64,000 nucleotides of DNA, from NCBI RefSeq assembly GCF_036507355.1, contig NZ_AP027877.1, one strand, 5' to 3'. Both the position numbers and the translations under genes were made by a program. Below the pieces are notes generated by a model. It had not been told where the DNA came from, searched no databases, and saw only the letters and a program-made list of their open reading frames with translations. The stretch comes from Escherichia coli (GTDB taxonomy: Bacteria > Pseudomonadota > Gammaproteobacteria > Enterobacterales > Enterobacteriaceae). Positions 1-11,628 of this stretch are shown piece after piece. Each line of letters begins with the position of its first letter. The stretch's first letter is position 1.

Positions 1-643
1 CGCTGGGTACGCCAGTCGCGTTTAGTGGTTTTTCCGAGTCAGGGTCACGCATACGTAGTGCCAGCGCCAGTTTGTTCAGCGGCGCGAGTTCACGACCCAG
101 TAGTACCATCATGATGATTAACATAATCGGCAGTGCGACCAACCACGGGATCAATTGCCCGGCAACAATCGCCAGCGCCATGTCTTCACGGTATTCCCAT
201 TCCTGACCAACAACGATGCGATATTTGCCATCAGGTGAGGTCATCCAGACAAAACGCCATTGATCTTTATCGCCCACCAGTTGCCCGTCAGCAAAACCTT
301 CCCGTTGATAGCTATAGGGAATATCTTCTCCGTTATCGCCATCGTTAAGGACCATTCTGCCGTCGTGGGTAAAGATGGCAAAGGTCAGCGCATCGTCATC
401 AACATGACCGTGTTTTAATTTATTTGGCGTCTGTGCCATGCGATCCGCCGCGTTGATTTCGTTGAGATCGAGCGTACTTAACCGCTTGGCAAACAGCATC
501 AGTTGGGTGTCGAACAATTCATCGACGTTATCCGTTGTTTGTTTCCAGGCGACAAAGCTGGAAAGCAGCCAGGTCACCGAGGCCAGAATTAAAAAGATTA
601 GCGTCAGCCTGACGCGCAGACTAAGACGTTGGGTAAATTTCAT
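1..643 (-). CDS. qseC: Sensor histidine kinase QseC, N-terminal part (gene continues beyond window start)
   Basis: Reverse-strand reading begins [13 protein letters not shown]... from the ATG at 641-643, overlapping the qseB stop (ATGA); matches the QseC N-terminus from memory. Confidence 0.9.
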   Translation of the reverse strand, partial: MKFTQRLSLRVRLTLIFLILASVTWLLSSFVAWKQTTDNVDELFDTQLMLFAKRLSTLDLNEINAADRMAQTPNKLKHGHVDDDALTFAIFTHDGRMVLNDGDNGEDIPYSYQREGFADGQLVGDKDQWRFVWMTSPDGKYRIVVGQEWEYREDMALAIVAGQLIPWLVALPIMLIIMMVLLGRELAPLNKLALALRMRDPDSEKPLNATGVPS

Positions 644-1299
644 TTCTCACCTAATGTGTAGCCAATACCATGCACGGTACGAATAAAATCACTACCGAGT
701 TTGCGTCGCAGATGATGCACATGCACTTCAACGGCATTACTGGTGACCTCTTCGTCCCAGGTATACAGTTTCTCTTCAATCAGTTTGCGCGGCAGTACCC
801 GACCAGCGTTACGCATCAGTAATTCCAGCAGGGCAAATTCTTTTGGTTTCAGTGTTAAGGGTTCGCCAGCCAGCGTGGCGATACGTTTGCCGGGGTCGAG
901 CATGACGTTACCGTGGCGCAGCTCGTTGCTGGCCTGGCCGTTGGTTCGGCGCATCAGAGCTTCCAGCCTGGCGGCGACTTCTATCAACGCAAAAGGTTTA
1001 CACAGATAATCGTCAGCTCCCAGACGCAGCCCTTCTACACGTTCCTCCAGCGCATCGCGCGCGGTCAGGATCAGTACCGGCTCACGCTGACCTTTTTCTC
1101 GCCATTCGCGCAAAATATCGCGACCATCCATGCCTGGTAAGGTTAAATCCAGGATCACCGCATCATAAGGTGCGCTATAAAGCGCCTCTTTTCCCTGACG
1201 ACCTTGTGTAAACCAGTCGACGCTAAAACCCATTTTACTAAGGCCCGTTTTGATGCCGTCGCCAATCAGCATGTCATCTTCTATCAGTAAAATTCGCAT
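640..1299 (-). CDS. qseB: Two-component response regulator QseB (OmpR family)
   Basis: 219-aa [18 protein letters not shown]... with receiver-domain aspartates and a winged-helix C-terminus; recognised as QseB. Confidence 0.95.
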   Translation of the reverse strand: MRILLIEDDMLIGDGIKTGLSKMGFSVDWFTQGRQGKEALYSAPYDAVILDLTLPGMDGRDILREWREKGQREPVLILTARDALEERVEGLRLGADDYLCKPFALIEVAARLEALMRRTNGQASNELRHGNVMLDPGKRIATLAGEPLTLKPKEFALLELLMRNAGRVLPRKLIEEKLYTWDEEVTSNAVEVHVHHLRRKLGSDFIRTVHGIGYTLGEK

Positions 1300-1450
1300 T
1301 TTTTCATCCCTGCGATAACCGTATTTGCTGCCAGTAAACCGTGTTGTAACGCGCTCTGTACAGCACTAAATTTTATTTTTTTCCCTTAAGAAGTTGTTAA
1401 GGACTATCTTGTTAAATGCTCGGAAACAGACATTAAAGGGAGTAATAAAC

Positions 1451-1843
1451 ATGAAAAAATTCGCAGCAGTAATCGCAGTAATGGCCCTGTGCAGCGCACC
1501 GGTGATGGCAGCAGAGCAGGGCGGTTTTTCTGGCCCATCGGCAACGCAAAGTCAGGCCGGAGGATTCCAGGGGCCGAACGGCAGCGTAACGACTGTAGAA
1601 AGCGCAAAATCCCTGCGTGACGACACCTGGGTAACCCTGCGCGGCAATATCGTTGAACGCATCTCTGACGATCTCTACGTGTTCAAAGATGCCAGCGGTA
1701 CTATCAATGTTGATATCGACCACAAACGCTGGAACGGCGTGACGGTGACGCCGAAAGATACGGTTGAGATTCAGGGTGAAGTCGATAAAGACTGGAATTC
1801 TGTTGAAATTGACGTCAAACAGATCCGCAAAGTAAATCCGTAA
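1451..1843 (+). CDS. ygiW: BOF/YgiW-family periplasmic stress protein
   Basis: ORF 1394-1843 trimmed to internal ATG giving MKKFAAVIAVMALCSAPVMA signal peptide; recognised as YgiW. Confidence 0.9.
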   Translation: MKKFAAVIAVMALCSAPVMAAEQGGFSGPSATQSQAGGFQGPNGSVTTVESAKSLRDDTWVTLRGNIVERISDDLYVFKDASGTINVDIDHKRWNGVTVTPKDTVEIQGEVDKDWNSVEIDVKQIRKVNP

Positions 1844-1895
1844 TTGTTACCGCTCCCGGGATGCGTTCCCGGGAATAATTTCGCAGGGAGGCAAA

Positions 1896-2378
1896 ATGAC
1901 AAACCTGACACTGGATGTAAACATTATCGATTTCCCATCAATCCCTGTGGCGATGTTGCCGCACCGCTGTAGCCCTGAGTTGCTCAACTACAGTGTGGCG
2001 AAATTTATCATGTGGCGTAAAGAGACGGGGCTTTCTCCTGTTAACCAAAGCCAGACTTTTGGCGTCGCCTGGGACGACCCTGCCACCACCGCACCGGAAG
2101 CGTTTCGCTTTGATATCTGCGGCAGCGTTAGCGAACCGATTCCCGATAATCGTTATGGTGTGAGCAATGGTGAACTTACCGGTGGACGTTATGCCGTGGC
2201 CCGCCACGTTGGCGAGCTGGACGATATTTCACACACGATATGGGGCATTATTCGCCACTGGCTGCCTGCAAGCGGCGAGAAAATGCGTAAAGCACCGATT
2301 CTGTTTCACTACACCAATCTTGCCGAAGGGGTGACGGAGCAGCGACTGGAAACGAATGTTTATGTGCCGTTAGCGTGA
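1896..2378 (+). CDS. ygiV: GyrI-like small-molecule-binding domain protein YgiV
   Basis: 160-aa ORF MTNLTLDVNIIDFPSIPVAMLPHR...; recognised as YgiV. Confidence 0.85.
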   Translation: MTNLTLDVNIIDFPSIPVAMLPHRCSPELLNYSVAKFIMWRKETGLSPVNQSQTFGVAWDDPATTAPEAFRFDICGSVSEPIPDNRYGVSNGELTGGRYAVARHVGELDDISHTIWGIIRHWLPASGEKMRKAPILFHYTNLAEGVTEQRLETNVYVPLA

Positions 2379-2486
2379 TGGGGAATCTTTACCGGAGTGT
2401 GAGCCAAATCACTCGCGATAAGTTTGAGCGAACAATGCCACAGGCGTATTGTTGTTGGGCTTATAATTTCTCCGGTAAGGAATACC

Positions 2487-4094
2487 ATGTATACGCGAAA
2501 TTTATTATGGCTGGTCAGCCTGGTAAGTGCGGCTCCTCTCTACGCTGCTGACGTTCCCGCCAACACACAGCTCGCCCCGCAACAAGTCTTTCGTTACAAC
2601 AATCATAGCGACCCAGGTACGCTCGACCCGCAAAAGGTGGAGGAGAATACTGCTGCGCAGATTGTGCTGGATCTGTTTGAAGGTCTGGTATGGATGGACG
2701 GTGAAGGCCAGGTGCAGCCCGCTCAGGCTGAACGCTGGGAGATACTGGACGGCGGCAAGCGCTATATTTTCCATCTGCGTAGCGGTTTGCAGTGGTCCGA
2801 CGGTCAGCCTCTGACGGCAGAGGATTTTGTCCTCGGCTGGCAGCGCGCGGTTGACCCGAAAACGGCAAGCCCTTTTGCTGGCTATCTGGCACAGGCGCAC
2901 ATTAACAATGCCGCGGCTATTGTTGCGGGTAAAGCAGATGTTACATCGCAGGGTGTCAAAGCGACGGATGATCGTACTCTTGAAGTTACGCTTGAGCAGC
3001 CGGTTCCTTGGTTCACGACGATGCTCGCCTGGCCGACGCTGTTCCCGGTTCCTCATCATGTCATCGCTAAACATGGCGATAGCTGGAGTAAGCCAGAGAA
3101 CATGGTTTACAACGGTGCCTTTGTGCTTGATCAGTGGGTAGTTAACGAAAAGATTACTGCACGCAAAAATCCAAAGTACCGCGATGCGCAACATACAGTA
3201 TTGCAACAGGTTGAGTATCTGGCGCTGGATAATTCGGTCACCGGCTATAACCGCTATCGCGCGGGAGAGGTCGATCTCACCTGGGTTCCGGCGCAGCAAA
3301 TTCCCGCCATTGAAAAATCACTGCCTGGCGAGCTACGAATTATTCCGCGTCTGAACAGCGAATATTACAACTTCAACCTTGAGAAACCGCCATTTAACGA
3401 TGTGCGAGTGCGTCGGGCGCTATATCTTACGGTTGATCGACAGCTTATTGCGCAAAAGGTACTGGGGTTGAGAACGCCCGCAACCACGCTGACGCCGCCA
3501 GAGGTAAAAGGCTTTAGCGCGACGAGGTTCGATGAACTGCAAAAGCCAATGAGTGAGCGCGTCGCGATGGCAAAAGCCTTGCTGAAACAGGCGGGATACG
3601 ACGCCTCTCATCCGCTACGCTTTGAGCTGTTCTACAACAAGTACGATCTGCATGAAAAGACCGCGATAGCGTTGTCTTCCGAATGGAAAAAATGGCTGGG
3701 TGCACAGGTGACGCTGCGCACAATGGAGTGGAAAACCTATCTTGATGCCCGACGAGCCGGTGATTTCATGCTGTCTCGGCAGTCGTGGGATGCGACGTAC
3801 AATGATGCTTCCAGCTTCCTGAACACGCTCAAAAGCGATAGTGAAGAAAACGTCGGTCACTGGAAAAATGCGCAGTATGACGCCTTACTAAACCAGGCCA
3901 CGCAGATCACTGATGCGACAAAGCGTAATGCGTTGTATCAGCAGGCAGAAGTGATCATCAACCAGCAGGCACCGCTGATTCCTATCTACTATCAGCCGTT
4001 AATCAAACTGCTTAAACCCTACGTTGGCGGTTTTCCGCTGCATAATCCCCAGGATTATGTCTACAGCAAAGAGTTGTATATCAAGGCACATTGA
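2487..4094 (+). CDS. ygiS: Periplasmic solute-binding protein YgiS (oligopeptide-binding family)
   Basis: ORF 2424-4094 trimmed to ATG at 2487 (MYTRNLLWLVSLVSAAPLYA signal peptide, AAGGA RBS upstream); 535 aa family 5 SBP. Confidence 0.9.
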   Translation: MYTRNLLWLVSLVSAAPLYAADVPANTQLAPQQVFRYNNHSDPGTLDPQKVEENTAAQIVLDLFEGLVWMDGEGQVQPAQAERWEILDGGKRYIFHLRSGLQWSDGQPLTAEDFVLGWQRAVDPKTASPFAGYLAQAHINNAAAIVAGKADVTSQGVKATDDRTLEVTLEQPVPWFTTMLAWPTLFPVPHHVIAKHGDSWSKPENMVYNGAFVLDQWVVNEKITARKNPKYRDAQHTVLQQVEYLALDNSVTGYNRYRAGEVDLTWVPAQQIPAIEKSLPGELRIIPRLNSEYYNFNLEKPPFNDVRVRRALYLTVDRQLIAQKVLGLRTPATTLTPPEVKGFSATRFDELQKPMSERVAMAKALLKQAGYDASHPLRFELFYNKYDLHEKTAIALSSEWKKWLGAQVTLRTMEWKTYLDARRAGDFMLSRQSWDATYNDASSFLNTLKSDSEENVGHWKNAQYDALLNQATQITDATKRNALYQQAEVIINQQAPLIPIYYQPLIKLLKPYVGGFPLHNPQDYVYSKELYIKAH

Positions 4095-4231
4095 TGCCTT
4101 TATCGCCGTCGGAGCACGTCCGGCGGCGCTATTCACGCTGATCTCCTGTGACTCGACGCGGCAGATAATGTAGTATCTCCGGCAATATTGCCCCTTTGAA
4201 GGCTGGCGAATAAGTTGAGGAATCAGAATTA

Positions 4232-6490
4232 ATGAGCGATATGGCAGAGCGCCTTGCGCTACATGAATTTACGGAAAACGCCTACTTAAACTACTCCATG
4301 TACGTGATCATGGACCGTGCGTTGCCGTTTATTGGTGATGGTCTGAAACCTGTTCAGCGCCGCATTGTGTATGCGATGTCTGAACTGGGCCTGAATGCCA
4401 GCGCCAAATTTAAAAAATCGGCCCGTACCGTCGGTGACGTACTGGGTAAATACCATCCGCACGGCGATAGCGCCTGTTATGAAGCGATGGTCCTGATGGC
4501 GCAGCCGTTCTCTTACCGTTATCCGCTGGTTGATGGTCAGGGGAACTGGGGCGCGCCGGACGATCCGAAATCGTTCGCGGCAATGCGTTACACCGAATCC
4601 CGGTTGTCGAAATATTCCGAGCTGCTATTGAGCGAGCTGGGGCAGGGGACGGCTGACTGGGTGCCAAACTTTGACGGCACTTTGCAGGAGCCGAAAATGC
4701 TACCTGCCCGTCTGCCAAACATTTTGCTTAACGGCACCACCGGTATTGCCGTCGGCATGGCGACCGATATTCCACCGCATAACCTGCGTGAAGTGGCTCA
4801 GGCGGCAATCGCATTAATCGACCAGCCGAAAACCACGCTCGATCAGCTGCTGGATATCGTGCAGGGGCCGGATTATCCGACTGAAGCGGAAATTATCACT
4901 TCGCGCGCCGAGATCCGTAAAATCTACGAGAACGGACGTGGTTCAGTGCGTATGCGCGCGGTGTGGAAGAAAGAAGATGGCGCGGTGGTTATCAGCGCAT
5001 TGCCGCATCAGGTTTCAGGTGCGCGCGTACTGGAGCAAATTGCTGCGCAAATGCGCAACAAAAAGCTGCCGATGGTTGACGATCTGCGCGATGAATCTGA
5101 CCACGAGAACCCGACCCGTCTGGTGATTGTGCCGCGTTCCAACCGCGTGGATATGGATCAGGTGATGAACCACCTCTTCGCTACCACCGATCTGGAAAAG
5201 AGCTATCGCATTAACCTCAATATGATCGGTCTGGATGGTCGTCCGGCGGTGAAAAACCTGCTGGAAATCCTCTCCGAATGGCTGGTGTTCCGCCGCGATA
5301 CCGTGCGCCGCCGACTGAACTATCGTCTGGAGAAAGTCCTCAAGCGCCTGCATATCCTCGAAGGTTTGCTGGTGGCGTTTCTCAATATCGACGAAGTGAT
5401 TGAGATCATTCGTAATGAAGATGAACCGAAACCGGCGCTGATGTCGCGGTTTGGCCTTACGGAAACCCAGGCGGAAGCGATCCTCGAACTGAAACTCCGT
5501 CATCTTGCCAAACTGGAAGAGATGAAGATTCGCGGTGAGCAGAGTGAGCTGGAAAAAGAGCGCGACCAGTTGCAGGGCATTTTGGCTTCCGAGCGTAAAA
5601 TGAATAACCTGCTGAAGAAAGAACTGCAGGCAGACGCGCAAGCCTACGGTGACGATCGTCGTTCGCCGTTGCAGGAACGCGAAGAAGCGAAAGCGATGAG
5701 CGAGCACGACATGCTGCCGTCTGAACCTGTCACCATTGTGCTGTCGCAGATGGGCTGGGTACGCAGCGCTAAAGGCCATGATATCGACGCGCCGGGCCTG
5801 AATTATAAAGCGGGTGATAGCTTCAAAGCGGCGGTGAAAGGTAAGAGCAACCAACCGGTAGTGTTTGTTGATTCCACCGGTCGTAGCTATGCCATCGACC
5901 CGATTACGCTGCCGTCGGCGCGTGGTCAGGGCGAGCCGCTCACCGGCAAATTAACGTTGCCGCCTGGGGCGACCGTTGACCATATGCTGATGGAAAGCGA
6001 CGATCAGAAACTGCTGATGGCTTCCGATGCGGGTTACGGTTTCGTCTGCACCTTTAACGATCTGGTGGCGCGTAACCGTGCAGGTAAGGCTTTGATCACC
6101 TTACCGGAAAATGCCCATGTTATGCCGCCGGTGGTGATTGAAGATGCTTCCGATATGCTGCTGGCAATCACTCAGGCAGGCCGTATGTTGATGTTCCCGG
6201 TAAGTGATCTGCCGCAGCTGTCGAAGGGCAAAGGCAACAAGATTATCAACATTCCATCGGCAGAAGCCGCGCGTGGCGAGGATGGTCTGGCGCAACTGTA
6301 CGTTCTGCCGCCGCAAAGCACGCTGACCATTCATGTTGGGAAACGCAAAATTAAACTGCGTCCGGAAGAGCTACAGAAAGTCACTGGCGAACGTGGACGC
6401 CGCGGTACGTTGATGCGCGGTTTGCAGCGTATCGATCGTGTTGAGATCGACTCTCCTCGCCGTGCCAGCAGCGGTGATAGCGAAGAGTAA
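4232..6490 (+). CDS. parC: DNA topoisomerase IV subunit A
   Basis: 752-aa [35 protein letters not shown]... recognised as ParC; GyrA-like fold with catalytic Tyr region. Confidence 0.97.
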
Positions 6491-6723
6491 TATGCCGGGG
6501 AGGGCGCTGTTTCCTCCCGCTTGCAAGGAACGCCGGATGAAACGTTAAGTCGTCATCCGGCAGCGTATTCAACCCCCGGAAACGATAAAAATTCCCTTGA
6601 AACCGTTGTTTATTCATGCGTTGCGATTAACAATACGCTTTTCCAGAGAGCGGCTTTTAACAATGCCCTAACCTGATTTCAGGTGACGTACAATGCCAGT
6701 CTCTCAGACCTTCAGAGGGTGTT

Positions 6724-7461
6724 ATGCTATATATCTTTCGTCTTATTATTACCGTGATTTACAGCATCTTAGTCTGTGTATTCGGCTCCATTTACTGCCT
6801 TTTTAGCCCGCGTAACCCGAAACATGTGGCCACCTTTGGGCATATGTTTGGTCGTCTTGCGCCGCTGTTCGGCCTGAAAGTTGAGTGCCGCAAACCTGCA
6901 GATGCTGAAAGCTACGGCAATGCTATCTATATCGCTAACCACCAGAACAACTATGACATGGTGACAGCATCGAACATTGTGCAACCGCCGACGGTGACGG
7001 TAGGTAAAAAGAGCTTGCTGTGGATCCCCTTCTTCGGGCAGTTGTACTGGTTAACCGGCAACTTATTGATCGACAGAAACAATCGCACTAAAGCTCACGG
7101 CACTATTGCGGAAGTAGTGAATCATTTCAAAAAACGCCGTATTTCCATTTGGATGTTCCCGGAAGGAACCCGCAGCCGTGGTCGCGGCCTGCTACCGTTC
7201 AAGACTGGAGCATTTCACGCGGCAATTGCAGCAGGCGTCCCGATTATTCCCGTGTGCGTCTCTACAACTTCGAATAAGATTAATCTTAATCGACTGCACA
7301 ACGGTCTGGTGATTGTCGAAATGCTGCCGCCAATTGACGTCAGTCAGTATGGCAAAGATCAGGTTCGTGAGCTGGCTGCCCATTGTCGTTCGATAATGGA
7401 ACAAAAAATCGCCGAGCTCGATAAAGAAGTCGCAGAACGCGAAGCCGCCGGAAAAGTTTAA
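6724..7461 (+). CDS. plsC: 1-acyl-sn-glycerol-3-phosphate acyltransferase
   Basis: 245-aa ORF with NHQNNYD (HX4D acyltransferase motif) and FPEGTRS motif; recognised as PlsC. Confidence 0.95.
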   Translation: MLYIFRLIITVIYSILVCVFGSIYCLFSPRNPKHVATFGHMFGRLAPLFGLKVECRKPADAESYGNAIYIANHQNNYDMVTASNIVQPPTVTVGKKSLLWIPFFGQLYWLTGNLLIDRNNRTKAHGTIAEVVNHFKKRRISIWMFPEGTRSRGRGLLPFKTGAFHAAIAAGVPIIPVCVSTTSNKINLNRLHNGLVIVEMLPPIDVSQYGKDQVRELAAHCRSIMEQKIAELDKEVAEREAAGKV

Positions 7462-7535
7462 GTCGGCAATCTGTATTTTTGCGGGGAACACTTTCCTGCA
7501 CGGTATTACTTTAGCCAGTTTTACATGGAGCAAAT

Positions 7536-8948
7536 ATGTCACTCAGTCGGCGTCAGTTCATTCAGGCATCGGGGATTGCACTTTGTGCAGGCGCTGTTCC
7601 CCTGAAGGCCAGCGCAGCCGGGCAACAGCAACCGCTACCCGTTCCGCCGCTGCTTGAATCTCGCCGTGGGCAACCGCTGTTTATGACTGTACAACGTGCG
7701 CACTGGTCATTTACGCCAGGGACACGCGCGTCGGTCTGGGGAATCAATGGTCGTTACCTGGGGCCGACTATCCGCGTCTGGAAGGGCGACGATGTTAAGC
7801 TTATTTACAGCAACCGCCTGACAGAAAATGTCTCAATGACGGTGGCCGGGCTACAGGTACCAGGTCCGCTGATGGGCGGTCCGGCACGGATGATGTCGCC
7901 AAACGCTGACTGGGCACCCGTACTGCCTATTCGCCAGAACGCAGCTACTCTGTGGTATCACGCCAATACTCCCAACCGCACGGCTCAGCAGGTCTATAAC
8001 GGCCTTGCCGGAATGTGGCTGGTGGAAGATGAAGTCAGCAAGTCGCTGCCTATCCCCAACCATTATGGTGTGGATGATTTTCCGGTCATTATCCAGGATA
8101 AACGGCTGGATAACTTTGGTACGCCAGAATACAACGAACCGGGAAGCGGCGGCTTTGTTGGTGATACGCTGCTGGTTAACGGTGTACAAAGCCCGTACGT
8201 TGAAGTCTCGCGTGGCTGGGTGCGCTTGCGACTGCTGAACGCGTCGAACTCTCGTCGCTATCAACTACAGATGAGCGATGGTCGCCCGTTACATGTGATT
8301 TCTGGCGATCAGGGATTCCTGCCTGCTCCTGTATCGGTGAAGCAACTTTCGTTGGCACCGGGCGAGCGCCGCGAGATTCTGGTGGATATGAGCAACGGTG
8401 ATGAAGTGTCGATCACCTGTGGCGAAGCGGCGAGCATTGTTGATCGTATTCGTGGCTTCTTTGAGCCATCCAGCATTCTGGTTTCTACCCTGGTGCTAAC
8501 GCTGCGCCCAACCGGCCTTCTGCCGCTGGTCACAGACAGTCTTCCGATGCGCCTGCTGCCAACTGAAATCATGGCCGGTTCGCCGATTCGCAGTCGCGAT
8601 ATCAGTCTGGGTGATGACCCGGGTATTAATGGACAACTGTGGGACGTCAACCGTATTGATGTCACCGCGCAGCAAGGAACGTGGGAACGCTGGACGGTAC
8701 GCGCGGACGAGCCGCAAGCGTTCCATATTGAAGGCGTGATGTTCCAGATCCGTAACGTGAATGGTGCGATGCCGTTCCCGGAAGACAGAGGCTGGAAAGA
8801 TACCGTTTGGGTTGACGGACAAGTGGAGCTGCTTGTTTATTTCGGTCAGCCTTCCTGGGCGCACTTCCCGTTCTACTTCAACAGTCAGACGCTGGAAATG
8901 GCGGACCGTGGCTCGATTGGGCAACTGTTAGTCAATCCGGTACCGTAA
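7536..8948 (+). CDS. ftsP: Cell division protein FtsP (SufI), Tat-exported multicopper-oxidase-like
   Basis: 470-aa ORF starting MSLSRRQFIQASGIALCAGA (twin-arginine signal); recognised as FtsP/SufI. Confidence 0.95.
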   Translation: MSLSRRQFIQASGIALCAGAVPLKASAAGQQQPLPVPPLLESRRGQPLFMTVQRAHWSFTPGTRASVWGINGRYLGPTIRVWKGDDVKLIYSNRLTENVSMTVAGLQVPGPLMGGPARMMSPNADWAPVLPIRQNAATLWYHANTPNRTAQQVYNGLAGMWLVEDEVSKSLPIPNHYGVDDFPVIIQDKRLDNFGTPEYNEPGSGGFVGDTLLVNGVQSPYVEVSRGWVRLRLLNASNSRRYQLQMSDGRPLHVISGDQGFLPAPVSVKQLSLAPGERREILVDMSNGDEVSITCGEAASIVDRIRGFFEPSSILVSTLVLTLRPTGLLPLVTDSLPMRLLPTEIMAGSPIRSRDISLGDDPGINGQLWDVNRIDVTAQQGTWERWTVRADEPQAFHIEGVMFQIRNVNGAMPFPEDRGWKDTVWVDGQVELLVYFGQPSWAHFPFYFNSQTLEMADRGSIGQLLVNPVP

Positions 8949-8952
8949 TCTT

Positions 8953-8990
8953 CATACTCGCCCGAGGAGGGCGAGTATGGAATACTTTTC
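8953..8990 (+). terminator. Hairpin downstream of ftsP (putative intrinsic terminator)
   Basis: Inverted repeat CATACTCGCCC-GAGGAG-GGCGAGTATG followed by a moderately T-rich tract. Confidence 0.45.
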
Positions 8991-9058
8991 GATTTCTCTT
9001 TCGTTCCGGCTTATAATCCCCGGCCTTTGATTATTTTTTTATCATTTCTGGAAGCAAA

Positions 9059-11278
9059 ATGAGCTCTATCTCCCTGATCCAACCGGATCGCGACCTGTTC
9101 TCCTGGCCGCAGTACTGGGCCGCCTGTTTTGGACCGGCACCGTTTTTGCCGATGTCTCGTGAAGAGATGGATCAACTTGGCTGGGATAGCTGCGACATCA
9201 TTTTGGTTACTGGCGACGCGTATGTCGATCACCCAAGCTTCGGGATGGCGATTTGCGGTCGTATGCTGGAAGCGCAGGGCTTTCGCGTTGGGATCATCGC
9301 TCAGCCAGACTGGAGCAGCAAAGACGACTTTATGCGTCTGGGTAAACCGAATCTGTTTTTCGGTGTTACTGCTGGCAACATGGATTCGATGATCAACCGT
9401 TATACCGCCGATCGCCGTTTACGTCATGACGATGCCTACACGCCGGATAACGTCGCGGGTAAGCGCCCGGATCGCGCCACACTGGTTTATACCCAGCGTT
9501 GTAAAGAGGCGTGGAAAGATGTACCGGTGATCCTCGGTGGTATTGAGGCTAGTCTGCGCCGTACCGCGCATTATGATTACTGGTCCGATACCGTGCGCCG
9601 TTCCGTGCTGGTGGATTCGAAAGCCGACATGCTGATGTTTGGTAACGGTGAGCGTCCGCTGGTGGAGGTGGCGCACCGTCTGGCGATGGGCGAGCCAATT
9701 AGCGAAATCCGCGATGTGCGTAATACTGCGATTATCGTAAAAGAGGCGTTGCCAGGCTGGAGCGGTGTGGATTCTACTCGTCTTGATACCCCTGGGAAAA
9801 TCGACCCGATCCCGCATCCGTATGGCGAAGATTTGCCGTGTGCGGATAACAAACCGTTGGCCCCGAAAAAGCAGGAAGCTAAAGCTGTAACTGTGCAGCC
9901 GCCGCGCCCGAAACCGTGGGAAAAAACCTACGTATTGCTGCCTTCTTTCGAGAAAGTGAAGGGCGATAAAGTCCTGTACGCTCATGCTTCGCGCATTCTG
10001 CACCACGAAACCAACCCAGGCTGCGCCCGCGCATTGATGCAAAAACACGGTGACCGCTATGTGTGGATCAACCCGCCTGCTATCCCGCTTTCTACCGAAG
10101 AGATGGACTGCGTTTTTGCGCTGCCGTACAAGCGCGTGCCACATCCGGCCTATGGCAATGCCCGTATTCCGGCTTACGAAATGATCCGTTTTTCGGTCAA
10201 CATTATGCGCGGCTGCTTTGGCGGCTGCTCTTTCTGTTCTATCACCGAGCACGAAGGGCGCATTATTCAGAGCCGTTCCGAAGATTCGATCATTAATGAG
10301 ATCGAAGCGATCCGCGACACCGTTCCAGGTTTTACGGGCGTAATTTCCGATCTCGGTGGGCCAACTGCCAACATGTATATGTTGCGCTGCAAATCGCCAC
10401 GCGCTGAACAAACCTGCCGTCGTTTGTCCTGCGTTTACCCGGATATTTGTCCGCATATGGACACTAACCACGAACCGACGATCAACCTCTATCGCCGCGC
10501 TCGCGATCTGAAAGGCATTAAAAAGATTCTGATTGCCTCAGGCGTACGTTATGACATCGCCGTGGAAGATCCGCGCTATATCAAAGAACTGGCGACCCAT
10601 CACGTCGGCGGTTATCTGAAGATTGCTCCGGAACATACCGAAGAAGGGCCGTTGTCGAAGATGATGAAGCCGGGCATGGGCAGTTATGACCGCTTTAAAG
10701 AGCTGTTCGATACCTACTCGAAACAGGCAGGTAAAGAGCAGTATCTGATCCCGTATTTCATCTCTGCGCACCCCGGTACGCGTGATGAAGATATGGTGAA
10801 TTTGGCGCTGTGGCTGAAAAAGCATCGTTTCCGTCTCGACCAGGTACAGAACTTCTACCCATCGCCACTGGCTAACTCGACCACCATGTATTACACCGGG
10901 AAAAACCCGCTGGCGAAGATTGGTTATAAGAGTGAAGACGTCTTCGTACCGAAGGGCGACAAACAGCGTCGTTTGCATAAAGCGTTGTTGCGTTACCACG
11001 ATCCGGCAAACTGGCCGTTAATCCGTCAGGCGCTGGAAGCAATGGGTAAAAAGCATCTGATTGGCAGCCGTCGCGATTGCTTAGTGCCTGCGCCAACCAT
11101 TGAAGAGATGCGTGAGGCTCGTCGTCAGAACCGCAATACTCGTCCAGCGTTGACGAAACATACGCCGATGGCGACCCAGCGTCAGACGCCTGCTACGGCA
11201 AAAAAAGCGTCGTCTACGCAATCTCGTCCGGTGAATGCTGGGGCGAAGAAACGCCCTAAAGCGGCGGTTGGACGTTAA
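9059..11278 (+). CDS. ygiQ: Radical SAM protein YgiQ (UPF0313)
   Basis: 739-aa [23 protein letters not shown]...; contains CFGGCSFC radical-SAM cysteine cluster; lysine/alanine-rich C-terminal tail. Confidence 0.95.
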   Translation: MSSISLIQPDRDLFSWPQYWAACFGPAPFLPMSREEMDQLGWDSCDIILVTGDAYVDHPSFGMAICGRMLEAQGFRVGIIAQPDWSSKDDFMRLGKPNLFFGVTAGNMDSMINRYTADRRLRHDDAYTPDNVAGKRPDRATLVYTQRCKEAWKDVPVILGGIEASLRRTAHYDYWSDTVRRSVLVDSKADMLMFGNGERPLVEVAHRLAMGEPISEIRDVRNTAIIVKEALPGWSGVDSTRLDTPGKIDPIPHPYGEDLPCADNKPLAPKKQEAKAVTVQPPRPKPWEKTYVLLPSFEKVKGDKVLYAHASRILHHETNPGCARALMQKHGDRYVWINPPAIPLSTEEMDCVFALPYKRVPHPAYGNARIPAYEMIRFSVNIMRGCFGGCSFCSITEHEGRIIQSRSEDSIINEIEAIRDTVPGFTGVISDLGGPTANMYMLRCKSPRAEQTCRRLSCVYPDICPHMDTNHEPTINLYRRARDLKGIKKILIASGVRYDIAVEDPRYIKELATHHVGGYLKIAPEHTEEGPLSKMMKPGMGSYDRFKELFDTYSKQAGKEQYLIPYFISAHPGTRDEDMVNLALWLKKHRFRLDQVQNFYPSPLANSTTMYYTGKNPLAKIGYKSEDVFVPKGDKQRRLHKALLRYHDPANWPLIRQALEAMGKKHLIGSRRDCLVPAPTIEEMREARRQNRNTRPALTKHTPMATQRQTPATAKKASSTQSRPVNAGAKKRPKAAVGR

Positions 11279-11320
11279 AAAAAATCCCCGGCAACTGACA
11301 TACTGCCGGGGATTTTTTTA
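11279..11320. terminator. Bidirectional rho-independent terminator between ygiQ and yqhH
   Basis: A-run, perfect hairpin ATCCCCGGCA...TGCCGGGGAT, then T-run (AAAAAAAATCCCCGGCAACTGACATACTGCCGGGGATTTTTTT). Confidence 0.65.
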
Positions 11321-11578
11321 TCATTCTGCGTACATACGCAAGCAGCGCAGGCAATCAAAATAGTCCTGTGCATCAAGACGCGTATTGGCTCTGTTAGCTT
11401 CGGATTTGGCAGCATAGATTTGTGGGCGTAGTGCTTTCATATCCTGCTCAAGCCGGGCGATTTTGGCATTTAATGTTTGTACATTGCTCGCCAGTTGATT
11501 GACCTTTTGCTCATTGACGCAGCCACTGAGCAAGCAGGTTGCCAGAACAACAGCTCCCACGGTGAAAATCGTTTTCAT
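11321..11578 (-). CDS. yqhH: Lipoprotein YqhH (Lpp-like)
   Basis: 85-aa [23 protein letters not shown] with lipobox LSGC; coiled-coil region; recognised as YqhH. Confidence 0.85.
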
Positions 11579-11628
11579 ATAGTGTTCCCTTTTATTTATT
11601 GTTCCGGCTAATTGTTATTTAATTCAGC

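Noticed and set aside
5015-5854. 279-aa minus-strand ORF inside parC
   Set aside because: Entirely antisense to a well-supported conserved gene; no start context; typical shadow ORF.
9419-10471. 350-aa minus-strand ORF inside ygiQ
   Set aside because: Antisense to ygiQ; low-complexity Arg/Ala/His-rich translation; shadow ORF.
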